Source: Candidatus Gastranaerophilales bacterium (GTDB lineage Bacteria; Cyanobacteriota; Vampirovibrionia; Gastranaerophilales; Gastranaerophilaceae). From it: 36,412 nucleotides of DNA. Shown here piece after piece: positions 15,493-26,070 of this stretch. Within the stretch, counting starts at the first letter, position 1. Each line of letters opens with the position of its first letter. The position numbers and the translations under genes are program-made. The stretch covers positions 1 to 36,412 of the forward strand of contig CALUYC010000066.1 of assembly GCA_944324895.1 (NCBI GenBank), in the 5' to 3' direction. Below the pieces are notes generated by a model. That model was given only the letters and a program-made list of their open reading frames with translations, ran no database searches and was not told the DNA's origin.

Positions 15493-16080
15493 ATGATTGA
15501 AGTTAAACGCGGACAGATTATTGTCATAAAAAATCCGAAATTTCCTGAACTGGAAGGTATTGTAGAAACTGTTGAAGAAGACAGACTAAAAGTGTTTTAT
15601 CCTAAAGAATACGAAAGCTATGCTTGGGCGCTTAGCGAAGGGGATGAACTTTTTGTAAGAGTACACACACAATTTGGTATAAAAACAATGTGCTCTATGG
15701 TAATTTGCGCACCCTCAAGCGATGGTGAATTAGTTATAGAAAATGCCGACGCTATGGCAGTCAGCCAAAAAAGAGAGTATGTCCGCGCTGCAGTTGAGTT
15801 CAGGTTTTTTATCAAAAAGGGCGAAAAGCTCGTCGGCGCGCTCTGCAAAGACATATCAGCAGGCGGAATAAAGTTTATACCTGATGAATATATTTTTGAT
15901 TTAGATGATGAAGTGGAAATAAAATTTCAAAGTGAAGAATTTGAAAAAGATTTAAATATCAAAAGTGTTATAATTAATACTGCCGGGGAAAAACTAATTG
16001 CAAAATATTCCCATATAAGTGAATATGATAGAGATAAAATTTCCGGCTTCTGCCTAAAAACCCTGAGCGAAATGGGTTAA
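15493..16080 (+). CDS. PilZ-domain c-di-GMP receptor (YcgR-like two-domain layout)
   Basis: RxxxR motif (KREYVR) and DxSxxG motif (DISAGG) at the expected spacing. Confidence 0.8.
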   Translation: MIEVKRGQIIVIKNPKFPELEGIVETVEEDRLKVFYPKEYESYAWALSEGDELFVRVHTQFGIKTMCSMVICAPSSDGELVIENADAMAVSQKREYVRAAVEFRFFIKKGEKLVGALCKDISAGGIKFIPDEYIFDLDDEVEIKFQSEEFEKDLNIKSVIINTAGEKLIAKYSHISEYDRDKISGFCLKTLSEMG

Positions 16081-16084
16081 TACA

Positions 16085-17689
16085 TTGGAGCAAAAGTTGA
16101 AAACCTACAATGAAATAAATAAAAAAATAAATAAATTGACAAAAAGCGGTCAAATACAAAAGGCAATAGAGTATTGCCAATCAATGCTGATGAATGAACC
16201 CTCAAACACAGCGCTTTGTGTACGTCTTGGCGATTTATATATGGATTGGCATTTGGATGTTTATCAGGCAAAGCAGTATATAGATGAAGCTATAACCCAA
16301 TACCAAAGAGCATCCGAGAGTCTTATTGATGACCCGCAAATATATTACAAAATAGGTTTTGCCTTTTATCATAAAGGTGAATTAGACAGGGCAATAAACT
16401 ACTTCAACATCGCAATTACAAAAGGCGCAAATAAAGCCCAGTGTCATTACATGATAGCTCAATCCCTAAAAAAGAAAGATCGCTACCATGATGCTTTGGA
16501 TGAAGCTAATGAGGCACTTAAATATACGCTTTTAAAATCATCAAGAATACGCTACCTCAAATTCAGACTATTAAAAGCATTGTTTTTTAAATCAACAAAA
16601 ACAAAATTTGAAAGCTATACAAATCTTATAATTTCAATTTTAACACTGCCTTTCGATAAAGAGGCCATAAAAGATGTTATAAATAAAGCTAAAATAGTTA
16701 CCATCTTTCCAAAGCTGGTAAGTGCATATAAATACTATGCACTTAAAGATTTTGATAAAGCAATAGGCATTTATGCTGAGGCAATAGATAAAATGCCGGG
16801 CTTTGCACCATTATATTCTCTTTTAGGGGACGTATACAGAGCAATAGGAAAACACGAAGAAGCGATTGTTGAATATAAAATGGCGCGTTGGATAGATTCC
16901 TTATGCTTTAGTGCATACTCAGGACTTGTGCAAGCATACGAAGAAATGGGTGACTACGATAACGCTATTTCAACATATAAAAAATTCATCTCTATACATC
17001 CCAACAGCGCAGTTTTACACAGTAATGTTGCAAACCTGTATTTTATGAAAGGTGAAATAGAACAAGCTATATCACATTATCAAAGTGCAATTACACTAAA
17101 CCCGAAACAAGACTGGACAAGCCTTGTCGCTCAAACATTGGGATATATCCAACAAAATGTCACAAAAAATGTGCAGGCAGCAATTTCATCGTTTCACATA
17201 GCTCATCTTTTAGCTCCAAAAGAAATCGACATATATATAAGTCTTGGCAGTGCATTTTACGATGCAGAAGATTACAAAAACGCGCTGATAGTATATAGAC
17301 GCGCACTTGAGCTTGAGCCTAACAATGCAAAGATTCACTGCAACTTGGGATATTTGCATTGGGGAATGGGGGATTTAACGGAAGCAATAAAGGAATACAA
17401 ACTATCGGTTAAATATGACCCGAATTATGACATTGCACATAATAATTTAGGCGTGATATATCTTGATGATTTGGCACATATATCTGAAGCAATAGAGTGC
17501 TTTAAACATGCTGCAGAGGCTAATCCTAATTATGCTCTTGCATATTATAACCTTGGCAGGGCATATGCAATAAAAGGAGAAAAAATTGAAGCTGCAAAAT
17601 ATTACCAGTTGGCATACGATGTTAACTCGGTAACAGAAGAAATTGATCCGCAAGATATTCAGGAAAGATTAAATAATCTTTTTGACTAA
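16085..17689 (+). CDS. Tetratricopeptide (TPR) repeat protein
   Basis: Many 34-aa TPR-like units (A..Y..A+...P....A...LG..Y). TTG start, so the start is uncertain. Confidence 0.75.
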   Translation: MEQKLKTYNEINKKINKLTKSGQIQKAIEYCQSMLMNEPSNTALCVRLGDLYMDWHLDVYQAKQYIDEAITQYQRASESLIDDPQIYYKIGFAFYHKGELDRAINYFNIAITKGANKAQCHYMIAQSLKKKDRYHDALDEANEALKYTLLKSSRIRYLKFRLLKALFFKSTKTKFESYTNLIISILTLPFDKEAIKDVINKAKIVTIFPKLVSAYKYYALKDFDKAIGIYAEAIDKMPGFAPLYSLLGDVYRAIGKHEEAIVEYKMARWIDSLCFSAYSGLVQAYEEMGDYDNAISTYKKFISIHPNSAVLHSNVANLYFMKGEIEQAISHYQSAITLNPKQDWTSLVAQTLGYIQQNVTKNVQAAISSFHIAHLLAPKEIDIYISLGSAFYDAEDYKNALIVYRRALELEPNNAKIHCNLGYLHWGMGDLTEAIKEYKLSVKYDPNYDIAHNNLGVIYLDDLAHISEAIECFKHAAEANPNYALAYYNLGRAYAIKGEKIEAAKYYQLAYDVNSVTEEIDPQDIQERLNNLFD

Positions 17690-17723
17690 TAATATTTTTT
17701 AATTTTTAGTGTAAAGTTATTTT

Positions 17724-18689
17724 ATGTCAATTTTCAGATACATATTTAAGAGGGTTTTACAGGGGATACCGATAATTATAATCGTATCTTTTATAAGTTT
17801 CTTTTTAATAAGACTCTCGCCGGTTGACCCTTTAGCAGAGTTAAGATTAAATCCATCAATTACAAAGCAAACTCTTGAAGCGGAAAAAATACGCTTGGGA
17901 CTAGATAAACCAATAATAATACAATATTTTATTTGGGGTAAAAACTTTATTCGCGGAAATATGGGAACAACCGTAAGCGGAGAAAAAGTCAGTTCAAAAA
18001 TAAAAGAACGCGCATTTAATACAATACTCCTATCAGTAAGTGTAATTTTTTGGACTTGGATAATAGGAATCCCGTTAGGCATTATTGCAGCACTAAATTA
18101 CAGAAGCACCTTTGATAGAATATTAACGGTTTTATCTAGTGTCGGAATGGCAATACCCTCTTTTTTCTTTGCCATACTTTTATTGATTTTTGCACAAAAA
18201 ACAGGATGGTTTCCTATAGGCGGGCTAACATGCCCGAATTTTTCCAACTTTAGTCCGCTTCACAAAATGCTGGACATTGCACATCACTTGTTTTTACCAA
18301 CTTTTGTACTTACAACAATATCACTTGCAGGATTATCAAGACAAATGCGCTCAAATTTACTCGATGTGCTTGATAGTGACTATGTAAAATTTGCAAAAGC
18401 AAAAGGACTGTCACCCTTTAAAGTAATTGTAAAGCATGCACTCAGAAACGCTATAAATCCGCTTGTAACACTGTTAGGGTTTGAATTTGCAGCATTATTA
18501 AGCGGTGCAGCGCTTACTGAATACGTATTTCAATACCCCGGCTTGGGTAGGTTAATACTTGAAGCAGTTATGAAATCTGACATAAATCTTGTTATGGCAA
18601 GCCTTGTAATAGGTTCTTTTATGCTCATTTTAGGCAATATCATAGCTGATATTCTCTTGAAACTCACTGATCCGAGAGTGAGGTTATAG
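17724..18689 (+). CDS. ABC transporter permease, OppB/DppB type
   Basis: The N-terminus YIFKRVLQGIPIIIIVSFISFFLIRLSP and the BPD_transp_1-like core are typical. Confidence 0.9.
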   Translation: MSIFRYIFKRVLQGIPIIIIVSFISFFLIRLSPVDPLAELRLNPSITKQTLEAEKIRLGLDKPIIIQYFIWGKNFIRGNMGTTVSGEKVSSKIKERAFNTILLSVSVIFWTWIIGIPLGIIAALNYRSTFDRILTVLSSVGMAIPSFFFAILLLIFAQKTGWFPIGGLTCPNFSNFSPLHKMLDIAHHLFLPTFVLTTISLAGLSRQMRSNLLDVLDSDYVKFAKAKGLSPFKVIVKHALRNAINPLVTLLGFEFAALLSGAALTEYVFQYPGLGRLILEAVMKSDINLVMASLVIGSFMLILGNIIADILLKLTDPRVRL

Positions 18690-19754
18690 ATGAAAAGCTT
18701 TTTGAAACAATTTGCAAAAGATAAATTTGCGATATTATCGGCAATAGTTTTAGTTTTACTCTATTTGGCGATATTTTTTGCAAATTTTATCGCACCGTAT
18801 CCAAAGGATTACTCAAACAGAAAGCTATCCTACGCACCACCCTCAAATATCTATTTTATCACCCCCGATGGCAAATTAAGCAGGCCATATACGTACAACT
18901 ATATAAGAAAATTTGATAAAAATTCTCTCAGGATGTATTTTGTGCAAGATAGAAGCCAAAAATACTACCTTACATTATTCCCCACAGGCTTTGAATATAA
19001 ATTCATGGGTATTTTTAAAACAAATAAGCACTTATTTGGCGTACAAAAAGGCGGAGAGCTCTTTTTGCTAGGATGCGACATTAACGGGCGAGATAACTTT
19101 TCAAGACTGCTCTATGGCGGGCAAGTATCATTAACCATAGGGTTTTTAGCACTTTTTATATCTTTTCCTATAGGACTTATATATGGCGGCATTGCAGGAT
19201 ATTTGGGCGGCAAAACAGACATGTTGATGATGCGATTTGCAGAAGCCATAATGTCAATACCAAGCTTTTATTTGCTAATAATTCTTGCAGCAATTTTACC
19301 GTCAGGCATGACAAGTTCGCAGAGGTTTTTACTCATAACGGTTATACTTGCACTCATTGGATGGGCAGGTTTCTCTCGTGTGGTAAGAGGCATGGTGCTT
19401 TCCATTAAAACACAAGACTTTGTGCGTGCTGCCCAATCAATAGGGGCATCTCGCTCTAGAATAATCCTAAAACACATACTGCCTCAAACATCCAGCTATG
19501 TAATTATTGCAATAACCCTTAGTGTACCTGGTTATATACTTGCCGAATCGGGATTGAGTTTTTTAGGTCTTGGCATACAGCAACCTGATGCAAGTTGGGG
19601 GAATATGCTTAAAGAAGCACAAGAATTTGCAAATATTATGTATCGACCTTGGCTTTTAACACCCGGATTTTTAATTTTTGTTGCGGTTTTGTCATTTAAT
19701 TTAATAGGCGATACAATAAGAGATATATTAGACCCAAAATCGGAAATTAAATAG
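18690..19754 (+). CDS. ABC transporter permease, OppC/DppC type
   Basis: Abuts the previous gene. Has the long first external loop and a GTDxxGRD-like motif (GCDINGRDNFSRLLYG). Confidence 0.9.
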   Translation: MKSFLKQFAKDKFAILSAIVLVLLYLAIFFANFIAPYPKDYSNRKLSYAPPSNIYFITPDGKLSRPYTYNYIRKFDKNSLRMYFVQDRSQKYYLTLFPTGFEYKFMGIFKTNKHLFGVQKGGELFLLGCDINGRDNFSRLLYGGQVSLTIGFLALFISFPIGLIYGGIAGYLGGKTDMLMMRFAEAIMSIPSFYLLIILAAILPSGMTSSQRFLLITVILALIGWAGFSRVVRGMVLSIKTQDFVRAAQSIGASRSRIILKHILPQTSSYVIIAITLSVPGYILAESGLSFLGLGIQQPDASWGNMLKEAQEFANIMYRPWLLTPGFLIFVAVLSFNLIGDTIRDILDPKSEIK

Positions 19755-19760
19755 GATAGT

Positions 19761-20459
19761 ATGGAAAATTTCATCGGCGATTACAATATACTCGTGCTCT
19801 CGCGCATAGGATTGTCAATATTTTTTGGCTTTATACTAGGCTTTGAGCGCGAAATTACAGGAAAGTTTGCAGGTCTGCGTACGCATATTCTTGTTTGTAC
19901 AGGCGCCTGTGTTTTTACAATATTGTCTATATATGGTTTCAAAATGCAGGAAATCGCAGGCTTTGTAGGTACCAATGACCCTGCCCGTATAGCAGCACAG
20001 ATTATTACAGGCATAGGTTTTATTGGCGCAGGCACCGTTATGCGCAGCGGAACCAATATCCTTGGCATAACAACAGCTGCAACACTTTGGATATGCGCAG
20101 CAGTTGGCATGGCATGCGGAACCGGTCAAGTTTCACTTGCAACCATTGCAACACTTTCCACAATGGCTATCCTGATTTTAATAAGAATTTTTGAAAAGAA
20201 AGTTATTCAACAAAGAATTTCGCACTACAGAAACATTGAAATAAAACTAAGTACAAGCATTAGAAATATAGACCAAATAAATGCAATAATTGAAAAAACA
20301 TTCACAAGAATTACAAAGTTAGATAAAAAAGTAGTAAACGGCAGTGACTTAAAAATAAACTTGATGGTACTTACTAACTGTAGTTTATACAGTATAAACG
20401 AAACATTTGCGCATCTTGAATGCATAAATTCGCTTGAAGTTCAGGAAGTATATGAATAA
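19761..20459 (+). CDS. MgtC/SapB family membrane protein
   Basis: GFEREITGKFAGLRTHILVCTGACVF...ITGIGFIGAGTV...GITTAATLW are MgtC family signatures. Confidence 0.9.
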   Translation: MENFIGDYNILVLSRIGLSIFFGFILGFEREITGKFAGLRTHILVCTGACVFTILSIYGFKMQEIAGFVGTNDPARIAAQIITGIGFIGAGTVMRSGTNILGITTAATLWICAAVGMACGTGQVSLATIATLSTMAILILIRIFEKKVIQQRISHYRNIEIKLSTSIRNIDQINAIIEKTFTRITKLDKKVVNGSDLKINLMVLTNCSLYSINETFAHLECINSLEVQEVYE

Positions 20460-21714
20460 AGACATAAAAGAAATATTTGAGTATATAAAAACAATTTTTT
20501 GGACAATATTTATTGCAGCAATTATAGTTGCAATTATGGTTGTAGATTTGAGAATAAACGTAGGCAAAAAAAAGGAAAACAGCTTTCATATTAAAGAGCT
20601 TACAAATATAAGGCTTAGTCTTGATGAACTTTATTATCTTGAAAGGCAAAACCCTAAAGATTTTATGATTAATTTGAAAATCGCATTTCTATATGAAGTT
20701 CTAAAAGATTCAAAAAATGCTCAGGTAAACTATGAAAAAGCTATTGAAAAATCCAATGAAAATCCTTTTGCTTTATACAAAGCCGCAATGTTTTATATTT
20801 CGCAAAAAAAATACAATTTAGGAATTGCATATGTATCTTTAATACCTGAAAGCGGAAATAAAAAATATTACGAACTAAAGGCTCGTTTTTACTCTAAATT
20901 GGGCGAATATTTCCTTACTGAAAAAGATTATTACAACTCTATAAAAGTCTATAAAATGTCTCTTAAATACGCAAAAAATACAACCCCTGAAACTGAAAAC
21001 AGAGTTAAAAAAGATTTCGCACATGCGTATAACGAATTTGCTGAAAAATTTATCGAAGAAAACGACCCGCGACATGCAATATTAATGCTTGAAAATGCCC
21101 TTGAGATATATCAAGACCCATATGCAATGTATAAACTCGGTTTAATATATCAAAATGTTGATGATGTAAAATCGCTACATTATATGGAAAATGCCTATAG
21201 CATTAAACCTGAAATTGTTAATATAGAAATATATAACAAAGTCTTAACAGGTCTTATAGACAGATGTAAAAACGAGGGAGAATACTCGAAAGCGAAATTT
21301 TATTCACTAAAATTAGACAATTTTAAAAGAAAACTTGTTAACAACAATATTTTTGAAGGCGATATCGAAATAAAAGATTTTAAAATTATTGCACACAAAA
21401 AATTTATCATAGGCAAAAAGAGATACTATGCGGTTTTTAACATAAAAAATAACTCAAGCTACCCTGTTGATAATATGTTTATTAAATTGGTAGTTCAACC
21501 ACAAGGAGGAACTGCATCTGAAACAGAATTAAAGGTTATCAGTCGCAATAATCCTTTGGCGGGAGAAAAAACATCAGATGAAATAAGCATACCTATGGAT
21601 AACTCTAAGCTGGATGCGGTCTCAAAATATGCGGAAATACAAATTCTTGCAAGGAAAAATATACGTGCCCAGTGGACAATGATTGACTATCTTACCGTAA
21701 GTTTCACAAAATAG
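20452..21714 (+). CDS. Membrane-anchored TPR-like protein
   Basis: ATG 20452 overlaps the MgtC stop (ATGAATAA). N-terminal TM segment IFWTIFIAAIIVAIMVV, then TPR-like helices. Confidence 0.7.
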   Translation: MNKDIKEIFEYIKTIFWTIFIAAIIVAIMVVDLRINVGKKKENSFHIKELTNIRLSLDELYYLERQNPKDFMINLKIAFLYEVLKDSKNAQVNYEKAIEKSNENPFALYKAAMFYISQKKYNLGIAYVSLIPESGNKKYYELKARFYSKLGEYFLTEKDYYNSIKVYKMSLKYAKNTTPETENRVKKDFAHAYNEFAEKFIEENDPRHAILMLENALEIYQDPYAMYKLGLIYQNVDDVKSLHYMENAYSIKPEIVNIEIYNKVLTGLIDRCKNEGEYSKAKFYSLKLDNFKRKLVNNNIFEGDIEIKDFKIIAHKKFIIGKKRYYAVFNIKNNSSYPVDNMFIKLVVQPQGGTASETELKVISRNNPLAGEKTSDEISIPMDNSKLDAVSKYAEIQILARKNIRAQWTMIDYLTVSFTK

Positions 21715-21792
21715 TGTAAAAAACTGTACTAAATATTTTGCTTGTGTTATTAATAATAGTATAAGTAATAATTAGATTAACATTGGAGCGTA

Positions 21793-24267
21793 ATGAGAGT
21801 ACACGAACTCGCGAAAGAACTTAATACAACAGCAAAAGAGCTTATTGAAAAAGCAAATGCGGAATTAGGTATTGTCCTAAAATCGCACAGTGCAACGGTA
21901 AGCGAAGCTAATATCGATAAAATTAAGGCTTTATACAATAAAAAAGATGAGAAAAAAACAAAACCTAAAGCCTTTATTGTAAAAAAACAAAAAACAAAAG
22001 TCGAAGAAGAACAAAAAATTGAAGAAAAGCCTCAAGAAAAAATTAAAAAACAAGAAGAAACAAAAAAAACAGAGGCTTCTGATGTAAAATTAAAAACTCG
22101 CCTTGAAATTGTTCGTCCTGCTCCTAAAAAAGAACCCGCACCAATTACTGCGACTAAAAAACCTGTTGTTAATAAAATTGAAAACATTCCATCGCTTACA
22201 AAAAGGAATTTTGCCAAACAAGCAAATGAGCAAACTTCAAATGAAGAAAAACCCAAAAAAGAGGAACAAACAACTAAAAAAGCGGAACAACAACCCCCAA
22301 GAACACCTATTAAACGTCATATAATCTCGCAAGATATATATGCAAATCAAGATTCGAGAAATAAAAAGAAAAAGAAAGAAAGAAATTACAACAACAAGGA
22401 AGAAGAACAAGAAAGAATTAGTCTTGAAAAAGCTGTTCAATCTAAACATAAAAAACATGTTCAAGAAACGCAAGCCGTTGAAGAAGTAAAATCTGTTGTA
22501 ATTAACAGACCAATGACTGTTGGTGAATTATCGGATAAAATCAAAAAAACTCCCGCAGAAATTATTAAATTCCTTATGATGCAGGGAATTATGGTAACAG
22601 TAAATTCACCGATTGATGTCGAAACGGCTAAAAAGGCTGCACAAAACTTTGAACTTGAAGTTTTAGATGAAGATATTGATGCTTTCATTGAAGAAGAAAC
22701 AATGAAAGAAGAAAAAAATAAATATTTAGTAAATGCTGACGAAAGCATGCTTATTAAAAGAGCACCCGTTGTTACAATTATGGGACACGTTGACCATGGC
22801 AAAACAACCTTGCTAGACTCAATTCGCGCTTCAAAACACAAAATTGTATCAACAGAAGTCGGCGGAATTACACAAAGCATTGGTGCCTATACCGTATGGC
22901 TTGATGACAGAAAAATTGTTTTTATAGACACCCCGGGGCACGAAGCTTTCACACAAATGAGAGCGCGCGGAGCGCAATCAACAGATATTGCAATTTTGGT
23001 TGTTGCAGCAGATGACGGTGTTATGCCCCAAACTGTAGAAGCGATAAACCACGCAAAATCAGCAAATGTGCCAATTATAATTGCTGTAAACAAAATGGAC
23101 AAACCCGACGCTGACCCCGACAGGGTCCTGCAACAGTTAACAGAACATGGGCTTGTACCTGAAAAATGGGGTGGAGATACAATCTGTGTCAATGTTTCAG
23201 CATTGCAGAAAACAGGTATAGATGAACTGCTTGAATATATATTATTAGTTGCCGATATGCAAGAATTAAAAGCTGTTGAAAAATGTCCAGCTACAGGTGT
23301 TATAATAGAAGCTAATCTTGATAAAGTAAAAGGCCCTGTTGCAACAATGTTGGTACAAAACGGTACACTTAAAATAGGTGATTCAATCGTTGTAGGTACT
23401 GTTGGCGGCAAAGTCCGCGCCCTGCTTGATGATTCCGGCAGACGCGTCAAAATCGCAGGTCCTTCTACACCTGTTGAAATATTAGGTCTGAATGAAGTGC
23501 CACAAGCTGGCGATACTTTTGAAGCAGTAGAAAACGAAAAAGTTATGCGTCAAATTGTGCAAGAACGCAAGCAAAAAGAGCGTTCTACGCGTCTTGAAGC
23601 TATGACTGCCGCACACATAAAGAAAGAAACACTTAATAATGACGAGATTAAAAACCTTAATCTTATTATCAAAGCAAATACTCATGGCTCTGCCGAAGCA
23701 GTATCTCAGGCAATCCAAAACGTCAAATCATCAAAAATCATACCTAAAATTATTCATGTTGGCGTTGGCGACATATCAGAAGCAGATGTTATGCTGGCAG
23801 CTGCATCAGGCGCAATCATTTTGGGCTTTACCGTAAAAGAAGACCCCAATGCATTAAGTGCAGCAGACAAAGAAAAAGTACAAATCAAGAAATATGACAT
23901 CATATATCAAGTACTTGAAGATGTCGAAAAAACAATGCTTTCGCTTCTTGAACCGGAAATTGAAGAAGTTGAACTCGGTAAGGCCGAAGTAAGACAAGTC
24001 TTTACGGTAGGCAAAACAAATCGTATTGCAGGATGTTACGTCCTTGAAGGTAAAATTGTCCGCTCAAAGACTGCTGTTTTATACAGAAACGGCGAACAAA
24101 TATTCAAAGGTGAAATAGATCAACTCAAGCGTTTCAAAGACGATGTTAAAGAAGTTGCAACAGGCTTTGAATGCGGTATTTCATTCGCCAAATTTAATGA
24201 CATACAAGAAGGCGATATTATTGAAGTTTCAACAACAAAAGAAGTTGAAAGAGTAACCTTGGTATAG
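21793..24267 (+). CDS. infB: Translation initiation factor IF-2
   Basis: MRVHELAKELN N-terminus and Lys/Glu-rich linker. G-domain motifs GHVDHGKT, DTPGH and NKMD. Confidence 0.97.
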   Translation: MRVHELAKELNTTAKELIEKANAELGIVLKSHSATVSEANIDKIKALYNKKDEKKTKPKAFIVKKQKTKVEEEQKIEEKPQEKIKKQEETKKTEASDVKLKTRLEIVRPAPKKEPAPITATKKPVVNKIENIPSLTKRNFAKQANEQTSNEEKPKKEEQTTKKAEQQPPRTPIKRHIISQDIYANQDSRNKKKKKERNYNNKEEEQERISLEKAVQSKHKKHVQETQAVEEVKSVVINRPMTVGELSDKIKKTPAEIIKFLMMQGIMVTVNSPIDVETAKKAAQNFELEVLDEDIDAFIEEETMKEEKNKYLVNADESMLIKRAPVVTIMGHVDHGKTTLLDSIRASKHKIVSTEVGGITQSIGAYTVWLDDRKIVFIDTPGHEAFTQMRARGAQSTDIAILVVAADDGVMPQTVEAINHAKSANVPIIIAVNKMDKPDADPDRVLQQLTEHGLVPEKWGGDTICVNVSALQKTGIDELLEYILLVADMQELKAVEKCPATGVIIEANLDKVKGPVATMLVQNGTLKIGDSIVVGTVGGKVRALLDDSGRRVKIAGPSTPVEILGLNEVPQAGDTFEAVENEKVMRQIVQERKQKERSTRLEAMTAAHIKKETLNNDEIKNLNLIIKANTHGSAEAVSQAIQNVKSSKIIPKIIHVGVGDISEADVMLAAASGAIILGFTVKEDPNALSAADKEKVQIKKYDIIYQVLEDVEKTMLSLLEPEIEEVELGKAEVRQVFTVGKTNRIAGCYVLEGKIVRSKTAVLYRNGEQIFKGEIDQLKRFKDDVKEVATGFECGISFAKFNDIQEGDIIEVSTTKEVERVTLV

Positions 24268-24278
24268 GATAACAAAAG

Positions 24279-24632
24279 ATGTCTTTAAGAAACGAAAGAG
24301 TAAGAAAAGCCCTAATGCGTGAAATTTCAGACATTTTACGCACAGAAATAAAAGACCCCAGAATCAGCGGCATTGTATCCATTACTGATATCGATGTATC
24401 GCCTGATAATTCCGCTGCAAGGGTATTTTACAGTGTATTTGGAGACGAAAAGGCAAAAGAAGAAACTCGTGCCGCACTTGAAAAAGACACTCCGCGCATT
24501 CGTCATGCTGTAGGCCAAAGAATAAGACTAAGACATACACCTTCGCTTTTATTTATTTTAGATGAATCACTTGAACGCGGCGCAAAAATTACCGAATTAA
24601 TTGATAAAATTTCGCGCGGAGAAATAAAATAG
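24279..24632 (+). CDS. rbfA: Ribosome-binding factor A
   Basis: RNERVRKALMREISDILRTEIKDPR is the RbfA pattern, and the gene follows infB. Confidence 0.95.
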   Translation: MSLRNERVRKALMREISDILRTEIKDPRISGIVSITDIDVSPDNSAARVFYSVFGDEKAKEETRAALEKDTPRIRHAVGQRIRLRHTPSLLFILDESLERGAKITELIDKISRGEIK

Positions 24633-24639
24633 CGTTTTT

Positions 24640-25497
24640 ATGCTACCAATGTATTTTTTAAATATATACAAAGAAAAAGGTATAACCTCGTTTGATATAA
24701 TACACAAGTTGAGGAAAATTCTTGGTATAAGAAAAATAGGACACTCGGGTACTCTTGATCCGCTTGCGCAAGGTGTAATGCAAGTGGCAGTAGGTAATGC
24801 CTCAAGACTTTTGGAGTATCTTGATGACGACAAAGAATATATTGCAGAAATAAAATTTGGTTACAATTCCACAACTCAAGATGAAGAAGGGGAAAAAACT
24901 TTTGTGGCTGAGCCAAATTTTAGTGAGCAAAAACTTAAAGAGTCGCTTAAAAAATTTGAGGGCGAAATTTCACAAATTCCGCCGATATACTCTGCAATTA
25001 AAATAGATGGCAAAAAGTTATGCGATTTGGCAAGAAAAAATCATGAAATACCTGAGGTTAAACCGCGCGACATTACAATTTATAAAATTGACCTTTTGGA
25101 ATTTAGACAACCTGATTTTGCAAAAATCAAAGTACATTGTTCCAAAGGGACATACATTCGTGCACTTGTCAGAGATATAGGGCAATCTCTTAGTTGTGGT
25201 GGGTATTTAACCGACTTAACAAGAACAAAGGCAGGAAATTTTTACATGGAAAATTCAATAAAAATTAGTGAAAATGTAGAACAATACAAACTAGATCCTG
25301 TCAATGTTTTAAATCTTAACAAAATTGTAATAGATGAACAGCAGTATAAAAAAGTTATGAACGGCAATCCGCTTAAGTATAGTACGCAAAATCAAAACGA
25401 AAAAAAATATATGCTTATTTTTAACAATAGGCTTGTTTCAATCGCAAATTTATCAGATAATATATTAAAAATGGAAAAGGTTTTTAAAACGGAGTAA
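24640..25497 (+). CDS. truB: tRNA pseudouridine-55 synthase
   Basis: KIGHSGTLDPLAQGV catalytic-Asp motif, and the gene follows rbfA. Confidence 0.93.
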   Translation: MLPMYFLNIYKEKGITSFDIIHKLRKILGIRKIGHSGTLDPLAQGVMQVAVGNASRLLEYLDDDKEYIAEIKFGYNSTTQDEEGEKTFVAEPNFSEQKLKESLKKFEGEISQIPPIYSAIKIDGKKLCDLARKNHEIPEVKPRDITIYKIDLLEFRQPDFAKIKVHCSKGTYIRALVRDIGQSLSCGGYLTDLTRTKAGNFYMENSIKISENVEQYKLDPVNVLNLNKIVIDEQQYKKVMNGNPLKYSTQNQNEKKYMLIFNNRLVSIANLSDNILKMEKVFKTE

Positions 25498-25500
25498 AAA

Positions 25501-26070
25501 ATGGGTGTTTTTGTAAGAACGTTAATTGTATGCCTTATAATATGTGCGGGGTACTATTTTTACATGTTTTTGGGTAAAGAAAGCTACCAAGAACTTGATA
25601 CAAATAAAACAACTGTTAGTCAAGAAACACAGAAACATTCAAAACCAAAAAGCGCAGAAAAACAAGATTTGCCAAAACCCCAAATACAGAAAATGAAAAT
25701 ATGTTTTATGAGTGATGAAAATACCATACATTATGTGGAAAGAGAAGTGCAAAAAGCCACGCTTGAAGGAGCAATAGAGGAGCTTTTAAAAGGTCCCACA
25801 AAATATGAAACAGCGCGTGGAGTATATTCTGAAATCCCCTCAGATGTCAAACTTATGTGGGTTAAAGACGAAAACGGAAAAATCATAGTTAATCTAACAC
25901 GCAATTTTGAATATGGCGGTGGCACAAAAAGCATTCAAAACAGGATTAAACAAATAAAACTTACTGTTGATTCTTTTAATACCAAAAAGCCTGTTTACCT
26001 CTATTTGGATGGAAAGCAAGTTGAATATATGGGTGGAGAAGGTATATATATAGAGCAACCGCTTAATTAG
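25501..26070 (+). CDS. GerMN-domain protein with N-terminal membrane anchor
   Basis: TM segment LIVCLIICAGYYFYMF. LEGAIEELLKGPT ... VNLTRNF ... YLYLDGKQVEY fits the GerMN pattern. Confidence 0.7.
   Translation: MGVFVRTLIVCLIICAGYYFYMFLGKESYQELDTNKTTVSQETQKHSKPKSAEKQDLPKPQIQKMKICFMSDENTIHYVEREVQKATLEGAIEELLKGPTKYETARGVYSEIPSDVKLMWVKDENGKIIVNLTRNFEYGGGTKSIQNRIKQIKLTVDSFNTKKPVYLYLDGKQVEYMGGEGIYIEQPLN

Noticed and set aside
19781-20129. Minus-strand ORFs overlapping mgtC
   Set aside because: The MgtC frame has clear family signatures. The antisense ORFs have none and no translation signals.
21715-21792. Absence of nusA (and rimP) upstream of infB
   Set aside because: This is real but only an operon rearrangement. 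A plausible promoter (TTGCTT, 16 nt spacer, TATAAG) and a GGAG RBS precede infB, so it is not evidence of anything unusual.
22032-23718. Antisense and off-frame ORFs within infB (for example 22461..22880 and 22887..23450 on the minus strand)
   Set aside because: infB is unambiguous (GHVDHGKT, DTPGH, NKMD). The overlapping ORFs give low-complexity Ser/Thr/Ile-rich translations typical of antisense frames in AT-rich genes.
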